Assembly (NCBI GenBank): GCA_017502875.1
Contig: JAFVUF010000017.1
Span: forward strand, 32,772 to 96,771
Reading direction: 5' to 3'
Length of the DNA: 64,000 nucleotides
DNA from: Clostridia bacterium
GTDB taxonomy: Bacteria > Bacillota > Clostridia > Oscillospirales > CAG-272
The notes beneath the pieces were generated by a model. The model ran no database searches. It was not told where the DNA came from and saw only the letters and a list, made by a program, of their open reading frames with translations. Below are positions 20,592 through 29,263 of this stretch, in pieces (positions within the stretch are counted from its first letter, which is position 1; each line of letters begins with the position of its first letter). The translations under genes and the position numbers were made by a program.

Positions 20592-21572
20592 TTGAAAACG
20601 GAAAATCAAAAGCTTAGAATTTTATATTTAATTGAAATTTTAACCAAATACACAGACGAAGAGCATCTTCTTAACTCTACGCAGATAATTGAAAAGCTTA
20701 GAGCATACGGGATTGAAGCTGAGCGAAAAACTGTTTACAGCGATATTAACGCGCTTGTTGACAGCGGATTTCTTGATGTTGAGCACGTAGGCGGTAGATA
20801 TGGCGGATTTCACGTTCTAAGCAGAAAATTTGAGCTTGCGGAGCTTAAAATGCTCGTTGACGCGGTTCAGGCATCTAAGTTTATTACCAATAAGCAATGC
20901 TCGTCTTTAATTAAAAAGATATCGGATTTTTCAAGCGTATACGATGAAAAAAAGCTATCAAGAAGCGTCTACATATACGACAGAGCGACAGATAAGACTA
21001 AAAACGCTTATTATATGATAGACTCTATTCATTGCGCGATATCTGAGAACCGTTCAATTCTGTTTCAGTATACGGAGATGACTCCGTCTAAGGAGCGTTA
21101 TAAAAGACATAACGGTGATTTTTATGCTGTTAGTCCGTACGCACTTATTTGGCGAGATGAAAATTACTATCTTGTGGCTTTTCATCACGATTCGGGTACG
21201 ATTCGTCATTACAGAGTCGATAAGATGGAGAATATTAAGGTAACAGAAAATGCCCGTGAGGGCGCTGAGGAATTTGAAAAGGTTTCACTAAGTAAGTATA
21301 GCTCAAACGTATTTGAGATGTTTCTCGGCAAGGAGTATATGGTACACTTCCGCTGTGATAATTCGCTTTCAGGCGCGATGTTTGATAGGTTTGGAGATGA
21401 CCTCAGAATAGAGGAGCACGGAGATTATTTTGAGTTTTACGCGCCTGTGCATATTAGCGTAAGATTTTTTGGTTGGGTGTTCGGATTTGACGGAGGACTG
21501 AAAATTCTTTCACCTGAAAACGTTGTCAAAGAATACAGGAAGCAGATTGAAAAGGTTATAAATTCGATTTGA
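20592..21572 (+). CDS. WYL domain transcriptional regulator (N-terminal wHTH)
   Basis: 326 aa. N-terminal HTH (KLRILYLIEILTKYTDEEHLLNSTQIIEKL) and a central WYL-type segment (YAVSPYALIWRDENYYLVAFHHDSGTIRHYRVDKM). Confidence 0.8.
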   Translation: MKTENQKLRILYLIEILTKYTDEEHLLNSTQIIEKLRAYGIEAERKTVYSDINALVDSGFLDVEHVGGRYGGFHVLSRKFELAELKMLVDAVQASKFITNKQCSSLIKKISDFSSVYDEKKLSRSVYIYDRATDKTKNAYYMIDSIHCAISENRSILFQYTEMTPSKERYKRHNGDFYAVSPYALIWRDENYYLVAFHHDSGTIRHYRVDKMENIKVTENAREGAEEFEKVSLSKYSSNVFEMFLGKEYMVHFRCDNSLSGAMFDRFGDDLRIEEHGDYFEFYAPVHISVRFFGWVFGFDGGLKILSPENVVKEYRKQIEKVINSI

Positions 21573-21587
21573 GTTCACATTATATGC

Positions 21588-21617
21588 TTGACAAAACGTA
21601 CTAATATATAGTAGAAT
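21588..21617 (+). promoter_or_regulatory. Sigma-A type promoter for the SPFH/zinc-ribbon gene
   Basis: TTGACA (21588-21593), 18-nt spacer, TAGAAT (21612-21617). Confidence 0.4.
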
Positions 21618-21653
21618 TATACCGTAAGTTTAATTTAGAAAGGAAATAATGCT

Positions 21654-22934
21654 ATGGGACTTATAAGAGCAGCTTTATCTGCTAGCGGCAGTGTTCTTGC
21701 TGATCAGTGGAAGGAATACTTCCAGGCAGATTCAATGTCAAACGATGACCTTATAGTCAAGGGATATAAAAAAACCAAGGGGAATAATAAGGGTGGAGAC
21801 GAGATTATCTCTAACGGCTCCGCTATCGCTGTCGGCGAGGGTCAGGCGGTTGTTATCGTTGAGGACGGTAAAATCGTTGAGTTCTGCGCTGAGCCGGGCA
21901 GATTTATATGGGACAGCTCAACCGAGCCTTCGGTTTTCTGCGGCGGCTTTGGAAAGGGAATAATAGATTCCTTTAAGAAATTCGGCGAGCGTTTTACCTT
22001 TGGCGGAGACAGAGCAAAGACCCAGAGAGTTTACTATATTAACACCAAGGAGATAATGGATAACAAGTTTGGAACTACCACACCTATGGTGTACGACGAT
22101 CAGTACTATAATACTGCTCTGTACATAAGGTATTTCGGACAGTTTTCCTTCCGTATATCTGACCCTATTATATTTTTCAGCCAGATATCAGGCGGTGTAA
22201 CGGAAAGGTATAACCGTTCTTCGCTTATGGATATGTGTAAGGACGAGTTTATGACAGCGCTCGATACCTCGCTTTCTCAGCTTGCCGCAGAAGGAATCAA
22301 GTTCAGTCAGCTTCCGACAAAGCAGAGAGAAATAGCAAAATACATGTCCGAAACTCTTGACGGTGAGTGGGGACAGAGAAGGGGTATGGAGGTTGTTTCG
22401 GTAGCTATCGCAAAGGTAACTCCCGATGAGAAGAGCCGCCAGAGAATAGAGCAGTTTGATACTAACGTTATGCACAGTAATCCTAACGCTATGGCAGGCG
22501 GACTTGCCTATGCGCAGATGCAGGCAATGCAGGACGCGGCTAAGAATTCTAACGGCGCGATGACAGGCTTTATGGGACTTGGCATGATGAACAACATGAT
22601 GGGAAATGCTGCCCCCTCTCAAAGCGCTCTGCTTAATACTGCGCAGGAGCTTCAAAGTAAACGGCAGAACGCTCCGTCAACCCCTTCGGCTGATGAGTGG
22701 ACCTGCTCTTGCGGAAATAAGTGTAGCGGTAAATTCTGCTCAAGCTGCGGCAGCAAAAGGCCTGAGGCTATTTCAGGTTGGAAGTGCGCTTGCGGCGCGA
22801 CTAATACGGGTAAATTCTGTTCAGAGTGCGGCTCAAAGAAGCCGAGCGACGGATATTTCTGCGCAAATTGCGGAAACAAAAGCGAAACACCCTTTAAATT
22901 CTGCGCAAACTGCGGAGCAAAATACGAAGGATAG
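21654..22934 (+). CDS. SPFH/virion-core-like protein (YdjI/COG4260 type) with three C-terminal zinc ribbons
   Basis: 426 aa. N-terminus MGLIRAALSASGSVLADQWKEYF...ISNGSAIAVGEGQAVVIVEDGKI resembles the YdjI family. The C-terminus has repeated CxCG...FCSxCG units. Confidence 0.7.
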   Translation: MGLIRAALSASGSVLADQWKEYFQADSMSNDDLIVKGYKKTKGNNKGGDEIISNGSAIAVGEGQAVVIVEDGKIVEFCAEPGRFIWDSSTEPSVFCGGFGKGIIDSFKKFGERFTFGGDRAKTQRVYYINTKEIMDNKFGTTTPMVYDDQYYNTALYIRYFGQFSFRISDPIIFFSQISGGVTERYNRSSLMDMCKDEFMTALDTSLSQLAAEGIKFSQLPTKQREIAKYMSETLDGEWGQRRGMEVVSVAIAKVTPDEKSRQRIEQFDTNVMHSNPNAMAGGLAYAQMQAMQDAAKNSNGAMTGFMGLGMMNNMMGNAAPSQSALLNTAQELQSKRQNAPSTPSADEWTCSCGNKCSGKFCSSCGSKRPEAISGWKCACGATNTGKFCSECGSKKPSDGYFCANCGNKSETPFKFCANCGAKYEG

Positions 22935-23080
22935 TAACGGCGCCTGAGCTCACTTTGAAAAAATCAATTCTATCAAAAGCTTTTTTATTAGGTAAAATCT
23001 GATTTGATTTTTAAATGGTTGAACTAATTCCTTTTTCTTGCGTATAATGAAGTAAAAACGTTATACGGAGGAAAAACGCT

Positions 23081-23644
23081 TTGATTAAAATTTTTATCGA
23101 TCAAGGACATAATCCGCAAAACCCCAACGCAGGCGCGGAGGGAAACGGATACAGAGAGCAGGATATTACTTATAAAATCGGAGTTGAGCTTGCAAGGCTT
23201 CTTAACGCAAATCCGAATTTTGAAGCAAGGCTTTCAAGAAATTCACCGACAGAAATTCTCGGAAAATCAAACGCTGAAAGCCTAAGAATACGGGTCGGTG
23301 AGGCTAACGCCTACGGCGCCGACGCGTTTATTTCCATTCATCTCAACGCTTCCAATATTACGTCGGCTACGGGAAGCGAGGCTTTTGTTTTTCGACTTGG
23401 AAATGCGGCTGAGGAGCTTGCGAGTGATATACTGTTAAGACTTACAGAAGCAACGGGTTATCAGAACAGAGGCGTCTTTGCAAGACCAACACTCTACGTT
23501 TTACGCAAAACGCAGATGCCGGCTACGCTTCTTGAGGTTGGATATATTTCTAATCCCGGTGAGGCTCGGTTTATGAACGATAATCCCGGACTGTACGCAA
23601 GGGGAATATATAACGGCATTTTAACCTATTACGGATTTCAGTAA
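23081..23644 (+). CDS. N-acetylmuramoyl-L-alanine amidase (Amidase_3 family)
   Basis: 187 aa with IFIDQGHN...EG...FISIHLNAS...GSEAFV zinc-ligand pattern. TTG start with GGAGG SD. Confidence 0.8.
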   Translation: MIKIFIDQGHNPQNPNAGAEGNGYREQDITYKIGVELARLLNANPNFEARLSRNSPTEILGKSNAESLRIRVGEANAYGADAFISIHLNASNITSATGSEAFVFRLGNAAEELASDILLRLTEATGYQNRGVFARPTLYVLRKTQMPATLLEVGYISNPGEARFMNDNPGLYARGIYNGILTYYGFQ

Positions 23645-23666
23645 TTAAATAAAAAAGGACGTAAAA

Positions 23667-24611
23667 ATGGATATTGTAAAGTTAAAGCCGTATTGCGCTA
23701 AGGCAATATGGGGAGGAAAAAATCTTAACCTTAAATACGGTAAAAAGGACTACGACGAAATAGCTGAATCGTGGGAGTTGTCGGGATATCCCGGCAAGGA
23801 AAGTATTGCGGTCGGCGGTAAGTATGACGGTAAAACGATTAATGAAATAATCAGTATCTGCGGAAAAGCGGTTCTCGGAACAAAAGCGGAGAAGTATGAT
23901 AAATTTCCTATGCTTATAAAGCTTATCGACGCCGCTTCACCTCTTTCCATTCAGGTTCACCCAAGCGACGAGAACGCTAAAGCTCTCGGCGCTGACGGCG
24001 GAAAAACGGAAATGTGGATAATTTGCGACTGTGAAAAGGACGCGTTTCTTTACTTTGGCGTTAAGGAAAGGCTATCTGCCGAGCAGTTTAAAAACGCCAT
24101 CCTTGACGGAAGTATAACCGAATACTTAAATAAAGTTCCCGTAAAGCCGGGAGATACGTTTTTTATCGAGGCGGGAACCATTCACGCAATTGGCGCGGGG
24201 ATAACCATCTGCGAGATACAGCAGACCTCGGATACAACCTACCGCCTTTATGACTATAAACGTAAGGACAAGGACGGAAACGAGAGGGAACTGCATATTG
24301 AAAAGGGAATGATAGCGTCCAATCTTGAACCGATAAGCGATTTTTACGAAAAGGGCGAGATGATAGGGAACGAGCTTCGCCTTGTAAGCTGTCCTTTCTT
24401 TAACGTAAGCAGAATAAACGTTAAAGGCTCAACCGATATAAATGTAGATTGCTCCAGCTTTGCCGCGCTTACGATAACTGAAGGTGTGGGTGAGATACAG
24501 AACGGTGATACCGTTATTGAAGTCAGCAAGGGCGACACTGTATTCGTGCCGGCATCGTCGGGCGATATTTATCTTGACGGCGTAATGACTGTTATTAAAT
24601 CAACACTTTAA
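23667..24611 (+). CDS. manA: Mannose-6-phosphate isomerase, class I
   Basis: 314 aa with WGG..., ESWELS, LSIQVHPSDE, KTEMWII and HAIGAGI motifs of type I PMI. Confidence 0.88.
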   Translation: MDIVKLKPYCAKAIWGGKNLNLKYGKKDYDEIAESWELSGYPGKESIAVGGKYDGKTINEIISICGKAVLGTKAEKYDKFPMLIKLIDAASPLSIQVHPSDENAKALGADGGKTEMWIICDCEKDAFLYFGVKERLSAEQFKNAILDGSITEYLNKVPVKPGDTFFIEAGTIHAIGAGITICEIQQTSDTTYRLYDYKRKDKDGNERELHIEKGMIASNLEPISDFYEKGEMIGNELRLVSCPFFNVSRINVKGSTDINVDCSSFAALTITEGVGEIQNGDTVIEVSKGDTVFVPASSGDIYLDGVMTVIKSTL

Positions 24612-24622
24612 GGAGAATTTCT

Positions 24623-25348
24623 ATGGAGCAGGAATTTTTTGGATTTAAAAGAATTGATTTTACTTTTCAGGGTAGAAATGCTATTATAGTTTTTCCAAAT
24701 AAAGCAAATGAGAAGAGGGAATGGTTGCTTAAATCCGAGTATTTCGGCGCGTTTCCCAAATTTGAAGCTGATATGCTTGCAAGAGGGTACCATCTCTGTT
24801 ACTTAGAGAACCTAAGCCGTTGGGGAACCGATGAGGATCAGAAGGCCAAGCGTGATTTTTCAGAGTTTCTGCAAAAGGAATACCGCCTTGCAAGAAAATG
24901 TATCTGCGTAGGAATGAGCTGCGGAGGTTTTCATGCGGTTAATTTTGCTTCGAGGTATCCGTCCTATGTTTCGGCGCTTTATCTTGACGCGCCCCTGCTT
25001 TCCTTTTATGGCTGGCACGATAGTTTTTCCGAGCTTGAACGTCAAGTATGGAGAGAGGAGCAGAAGAAGGCGTACGGCTTTAGGACCGATGCTGAGCTTC
25101 TTGTATACAATGACCAGCCAATAAACAGGCTTCGTACCCTTACTGAAAACAAGATACCCGTCGCGCTGGTTTACGGTGGAATCGATCTCGTTGTTGACTG
25201 CAAAAAGAACGCGGAGATGCTTATTCAGTATTATGCCATACAGCGAGCTCCGATTAAAGCATGGTGTAAGCCGGAATGCGATCATCATCCGCACGGCTTT
25301 GAAGATAATAGCGAATTAATTAGTTATATTGAGAATGTTAAGTTATAA
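24623..25348 (+). CDS. Alpha/beta hydrolase (esterase-like)
   Basis: 241 aa with nucleophile elbow GMSCGG and a C-terminal His (DHHPHG). Confidence 0.6.
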   Translation: MEQEFFGFKRIDFTFQGRNAIIVFPNKANEKREWLLKSEYFGAFPKFEADMLARGYHLCYLENLSRWGTDEDQKAKRDFSEFLQKEYRLARKCICVGMSCGGFHAVNFASRYPSYVSALYLDAPLLSFYGWHDSFSELERQVWREEQKKAYGFRTDAELLVYNDQPINRLRTLTENKIPVALVYGGIDLVVDCKKNAEMLIQYYAIQRAPIKAWCKPECDHHPHGFEDNSELISYIENVKL

Positions 25349-25354
25349 ATGATA

Positions 25355-25381
25355 AAAAGCGGTGCAATGCACCGCTTTTTT
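25355..25381. terminator. Bidirectional terminator
   Basis: AAAAAGCGGTGCA-ATGCACCGCTTTTTT lies between the convergent hydrolase and mnmA genes. Confidence 0.8.
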
Positions 25382-26453
25382 ATACTATTGTTCCGCCGCC
25401 GACTACTGTTTCACCGTCGTAAAATACCACTGCTTGACCTCTTGTTATAGCTCTTTGTGGCTCGTCGAAAATCACCTTTATTTCGTCCGCTTCCGTCTGT
25501 ATGAGAGTTGCGTCTGCCTCTGTCTGACGGTAGCGGATTTTTGCCTTGACTCGCATTTCACCGACAATTTCGGGAACGGATATAAGGTTGATGTTCTTTG
25601 CTGTAAGCTCGGTTTTATAAAGCTGCTCACTTTTTCCGAGAACCACGGTATTGCTTACGCTATCGACGTCGAGCACGTAAAGCGGCTCCGGTAGGATGAG
25701 CCCAAGCTTTTTACCTTGACCTACCGTGTACCTTATAATCCCCTTGTGCTTTCCAAGCACGTTGCCATCTGTGTCCACAAAATTGCCTTCGGGATAGCTT
25801 TTACCCGTATAACTCTCTATAAACTCAAAATACTTACAGTCCTTAATAAAACAGATGTCCTGACTGTCCTTTTTGTCGGCATTGATAAAGCCGTTTTCTA
25901 AGGCTACGTTCCTTACCTCGCTTTTATCCATATCTCCAAGTGGGAAATACGCCCTTGAAAGCTGCTTCTGTGAAAGAGAATACAGCACGTAGGTCTGGTC
26001 TTTGCTTAAGTCCTTTGCCTTTTTTAGTAGATAACGTCCGTTTTCCTCATTATATTCAACTCTTGCGTAATGACCGGTTACAACACAGTCCGCGCCGAGC
26101 TGCTCAGCCTCTGAAAAAAGCTTATCGAATTTCAGGTGTCTGTTGCACTGAACGCAGGGGTTCGGTGTCATTCCGTTTTCATAGCAACGGACGAAATTAT
26201 CAACGACCTTTTCCTTAAAGTTTGAGGAGAAATTGAAAATTCGATGCTCAATGCCAAGGCTCTTGCAGACCGAGGCCGCGTCCTCTATATCCTTGTCGGT
26301 GCAGCATGACGGTGAAATTTTAACCGTATCATCACTGATAAGCTTCATTGTAACGCCTATACATTCAACACCTTTATTTGTCAGTAGCATAGCCGCAACG
26401 CTTGAATCAACACCGCCGCTCATAGCTATAATTGCTTTTTTTATGTTCTTCAT
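25380..26453 (-). CDS. mnmA: tRNA 2-thiouridine(34) synthase
   Basis: 357 aa with the PP-loop AMSGGVDSSVAA, catalytic Cys region PNPCVQCNRHLKF and typical length. Confidence 0.95.
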   Translation of the reverse strand: MKNIKKAIIAMSGGVDSSVAAMLLTNKGVECIGVTMKLISDDTVKISPSCCTDKDIEDAASVCKSLGIEHRIFNFSSNFKEKVVDNFVRCYENGMTPNPCVQCNRHLKFDKLFSEAEQLGADCVVTGHYARVEYNEENGRYLLKKAKDLSKDQTYVLYSLSQKQLSRAYFPLGDMDKSEVRNVALENGFINADKKDSQDICFIKDCKYFEFIESYTGKSYPEGNFVDTDGNVLGKHKGIIRYTVGQGKKLGLILPEPLYVLDVDSVSNTVVLGKSEQLYKTELTAKNINLISVPEIVGEMRVKAKIRYRQTEADATLIQTEADEIKVIFDEPQRAITRGQAVVFYDGETVVGGGTIV

Positions 26454-26518
26454 TTACTTTTCCTAATGCTTTTTTCTTAATTATATAATATTTTTTTATA
26501 TATGTCAAGGTAAAATAA

Positions 26519-26547
26519 TTGACATACATATTTTATTGTGATATAAT
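26519..26547 (+). promoter_or_regulatory. Sigma-A promoter with extended -10, for the DUF1653-luxS-metH-fragment operon
   Basis: TTGACA (26519-26524), 17-nt spacer, TG-n-TATAAT (tataat at 26542-26547). Confidence 0.6.
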
Positions 26548-26579
26548 TTTACTGTAAATATTTGAATTTTGGGGTAGCT

Positions 26580-26795
26580 ATGGAAGATATAAGGCTTGGA
26601 AGGTACCGTCATTTCAAGGGAAATGAATATCAGGTAATAGGAATAGCAAAGCACAGCGAGACACTTGCGCCTATGGTAGTTTATAAGGCGCTTTACGGCG
26701 AGGGCGGGATTTGGGTTCGTCCTGCTGAAATGTGGAACGAAACCGTTGAACGCGACGGAAAAACATTTAAAAGATTTACCTACATAGGAGAATGA
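26580..26795 (+). CDS. DUF1653 family small protein
   Basis: GRYRHFKGNEYQVIGIAKHSETLAPMVVYKALYG is the DUF1653 signature. The ATG at 26580 is preferred over the track's upstream TTG. Confidence 0.75.
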   Translation: MEDIRLGRYRHFKGNEYQVIGIAKHSETLAPMVVYKALYGEGGIWVRPAEMWNETVERDGKTFKRFTYIGE

Positions 26796-26797
26796 AA

Positions 26798-27259
26798 ATG
26801 AAAAAGATTGCAAGCTTTACAGTTAATCACGATAAGCTCAAAAAGGGAATTTATATATCAAGAATTGACGGCGACGTCATAACGTACGACGTCAGATGTA
26901 AGATACCAAACGGCGGCGACTATCTCGAATGTCCCGCAATGCATACCTTTGAGCATCTTTTCGCCACTTATGCCAGAAACAGCGAATTTGAAAAGAGTGT
27001 TATTTACGTTGGACCTATGGGGTGCAGAACCGGTTTTTATTTACTGCTCCGTGATGACGTAAGCTATGAAAATGCCATAAAGCTTACATACGAGGCGTTT
27101 AAGTATACCGCTGAGTTTGAGGGAGTTATACCCGGAAGCAGTAAAATTGAATGCGGAAACTATCTTGAACACGACCTTGAAGGCGCAAAAGCGGTTGCGC
27201 GTGATATGATGAGCGTTCTTGAAAATTATACGCCTGAAATGATGACCTACGAGGTTTAA
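26798..27259 (+). CDS. luxS: S-ribosylhomocysteine lyase
   Basis: HTFEHLFA metal-binding motif and GPMGCRTGFY catalytic Cys. The second ATG (26798) has AGGAG 7 nt upstream; 26792 is the alternative start. Confidence 0.93.
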   Translation: MKKIASFTVNHDKLKKGIYISRIDGDVITYDVRCKIPNGGDYLECPAMHTFEHLFATYARNSEFEKSVIYVGPMGCRTGFYLLLRDDVSYENAIKLTYEAFKYTAEFEGVIPGSSKIECGNYLEHDLEGAKAVARDMMSVLENYTPEMMTYEV

Positions 27260-27265
27260 AATACT

Positions 27266-27865
27266 GTGGATTATTCAGTATTCAAGGAGCGCGTTTACGG
27301 TTACCTTTCCTTTGCGAAGATTGAGGAAAGCGATTTAACTAACCGTATAATCAGCGAAAGCCTTGAAAAGCTTTCGCTCAGCGACTCTTTTCGCTACCGC
27401 TGTGCCGAATACGCCTTACCGCTTGAATTTATGAAAAAAGAGCCGTATGCCTCGTTTTTAAGCGGCGCAAACGGCTATTTTCTTGTTGTAAGTACTCTTG
27501 GCGATGGCGCTGAAAATCATAAGGAAACTCTTGACGATAGAAGCAAACTTATATTTGATGCCTGCGCTAACGCTTACCTCGAACTTAAAAATGAGGAGCT
27601 TAGGGAGAGCCTATGCGATAATCTGAGCTATCTTTTTTGCCCCGGATATCAAGGGAGCGACGTGTCGGAAATAAAGTACATTCTTGACGAGCTTAAAGCA
27701 TATGAGCTTAGTATAGAGCTTCTTCCGTCGGGAATGATGACACCGCAAAAGAGCATGGCCGGAATTTACGCAAAAGGAGCTTCACCTCTTAAAAAATGCG
27801 GTAATTGTCTGAAAATCAACGATTGCGCATACAGAAAGGCAGGAAAACTATGCTTTCATCTATAA
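27266..27865 (+). CDS. Stand-alone methionine synthase reactivation (AdoMet-binding) domain protein
   Basis: 199 aa with a GTG start. CPGYQGSD resembles the (S/A)PGY(G/P) core of the MetH activation domain. It lies directly upstream of the Hcy-methyltransferase gene, as in split-MetH arrangements. Confidence 0.55.
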   Translation: MDYSVFKERVYGYLSFAKIEESDLTNRIISESLEKLSLSDSFRYRCAEYALPLEFMKKEPYASFLSGANGYFLVVSTLGDGAENHKETLDDRSKLIFDACANAYLELKNEELRESLCDNLSYLFCPGYQGSDVSEIKYILDELKAYELSIELLPSGMMTPQKSMAGIYAKGASPLKKCGNCLKINDCAYRKAGKLCFHL

Positions 27866-29007
27866 AAGAAATAATGATATTTGACGGCGGAATGGGAAGC
27901 GAGCTTGCAAAGGCAGGGATAAGCTATACCGTTCCCGAGGACCTTAATATCACTCACTCAGAGGTAATTCAGGGGATACATAAAAGCTATAAAGACGCCG
28001 ATTTTATAACGACAAACACATTCGGTCTTAACCGTATCAAATATAAAGGTAATTATTCTATTTCCGAGGTAGCAGAGAGGGCGATAGAAAATGCAAGAAG
28101 CGCCGAAAAAAAGGTTATGTTCGACATCGGTCCGACAGGCGCGCTCTTAAAGCCGCTCGGTAATCTTGCGTTTGATGAAGCGTACGAAGCCTTTAAAGAG
28201 GTGGTTGAAATCTCAAAGGATAAGGTTGACGGATATATAGTAGAAACCTTTTCCGACCTCTACGAGCTTAAAGCGGCAATGCTCGCCGTAAAGGAAAACT
28301 CAGATAAGCCAGTATTTGCTACTATGACCTTTGATAAAAGCGCGAGAACCTTAACAGGCACTACACCGGAGATAATGGTCGAGCTGCTTGAAGGACTTGG
28401 AGCTGACGCGGTTGGTGTAAACTGTTCGCTCGGTCCGAATGAGCTTTACGGAGTTATCGAGCGCATACTTAACTGCGCCCATGTTCCCGTAATTATCCAG
28501 CCAAACAGAGGTTTGCCTAAATACGAAAACGGCAAAACTTATTACAATATAACGGTAGAGGAGTTTACCGAGAGTGTAAAGCAGTATGCTAATATGGGCG
28601 TCAGCATTATCGGCGGCTGCTGTGGAACTGATCCCGATATTATTTCTTCGATTTCTAAATTCAAGGGTATGTCCGTTATAAAGCGTGATAACCCGCATAA
28701 AAAGGCTGTTACCTCTTATTCTGCGTATGCGGAGATAACCGATGAAACGGAATTTGCCGAGCTTACTGTTGATGAAAACGTAACCGAGGACGACTGTGAG
28801 GATATTGCGTACGACGTTCTTGATATGGCAGACGACGGCGCCGAGGTTGTGAATATTACGGTAAACGGCGCTAAGCCTGACGTCATAAAAGCTTTGGTAG
28901 AGAAGATACAGGAGTTTAGTAACGTGCCGCTTCGCCTCATTTCGTCTGATATAGAGGCTATTGAAATTTTCAAGAGGTATTATAACGGCAAACCCTTTAT
29001 AAACTGA
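27850..29007 (+). CDS. Homocysteine S-methyltransferase domain protein, apparently a truncated MetH (Hcy domain plus first third of the pterin-binding barrel)
   Basis: Start at MLSSIKEIMIFDGGMGSEL. Zn ligands in VNCSLGP and GGCCGT. The tail ...DDGAEVVNITVNG...VPLRLISSDIEAIEIFKRYYNGKPFIN stops where MetH pterin domains continue (...GK.iiNS). Confidence 0.8.
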   Translation: MLSSIKEIMIFDGGMGSELAKAGISYTVPEDLNITHSEVIQGIHKSYKDADFITTNTFGLNRIKYKGNYSISEVAERAIENARSAEKKVMFDIGPTGALLKPLGNLAFDEAYEAFKEVVEISKDKVDGYIVETFSDLYELKAAMLAVKENSDKPVFATMTFDKSARTLTGTTPEIMVELLEGLGADAVGVNCSLGPNELYGVIERILNCAHVPVIIQPNRGLPKYENGKTYYNITVEEFTESVKQYANMGVSIIGGCCGTDPDIISSISKFKGMSVIKRDNPHKKAVTSYSAYAEITDETEFAELTVDENVTEDDCEDIAYDVLDMADDGAEVVNITVNGAKPDVIKALVEKIQEFSNVPLRLISSDIEAIEIFKRYYNGKPFIN

Positions 29008-29012
29008 ATATT

Positions 29013-29046
29013 AAAAAGAACTTGGAATTAAACCAAGTTCTTTTTT
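29013..29046 (+). terminator. Rho-independent terminator
   Basis: AAAAAGAACTTGG-AATTAAA-CCAAGTTCTTTTTT. Confidence 0.8.
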
Positions 29047-29054
29047 ACTTTATA

Positions 29055-29083
29055 TTGACTTTTTCTAAATATTGTGATAGAAT
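29055..29083 (+). promoter_or_regulatory. Sigma-A promoter with extended -10
   Basis: TTGACT (29055-29060), 17-nt spacer, TGA-TAGAAT (29078-29083). Confidence 0.55.
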
Positions 29084-29089
29084 GTATTT

Positions 29090-29244
29090 GCGACACAACT
29101 GAATAATTAACACAACAAGTGTGTATTTTTTATTAATGGTAAAAATACAGGCTCTTTTTAGCATACTTGTTGTGTGGTAAAAGTTGTGTCGCAGCAATCG
29201 GAGTTATGTATTTTTCGTGCGTAGCTTCGGCTGCGCACTTTTTT
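29090..29244 (+). promoter_or_regulatory. Structured 5' leader with intrinsic terminator (unclassified riboswitch/attenuator-like element)
   Basis: Nested helices: GCGACACAACT (29090-29100) pairs with AGTTGTGTCGC (29182-29192); CACAACAAGT pairs with ACTTGTTGTG; GTATTTTT pairs with AAAAATAC. Then comes the terminator GTGCGTAGC-TTCG-GCTGCGCAC plus T6 (29217-29244), just before the GGAG SD of the lipoprotein gene. Confidence 0.5.
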
Positions 29245-29263
29245 ATTTTATGGAGTAAAAAGA

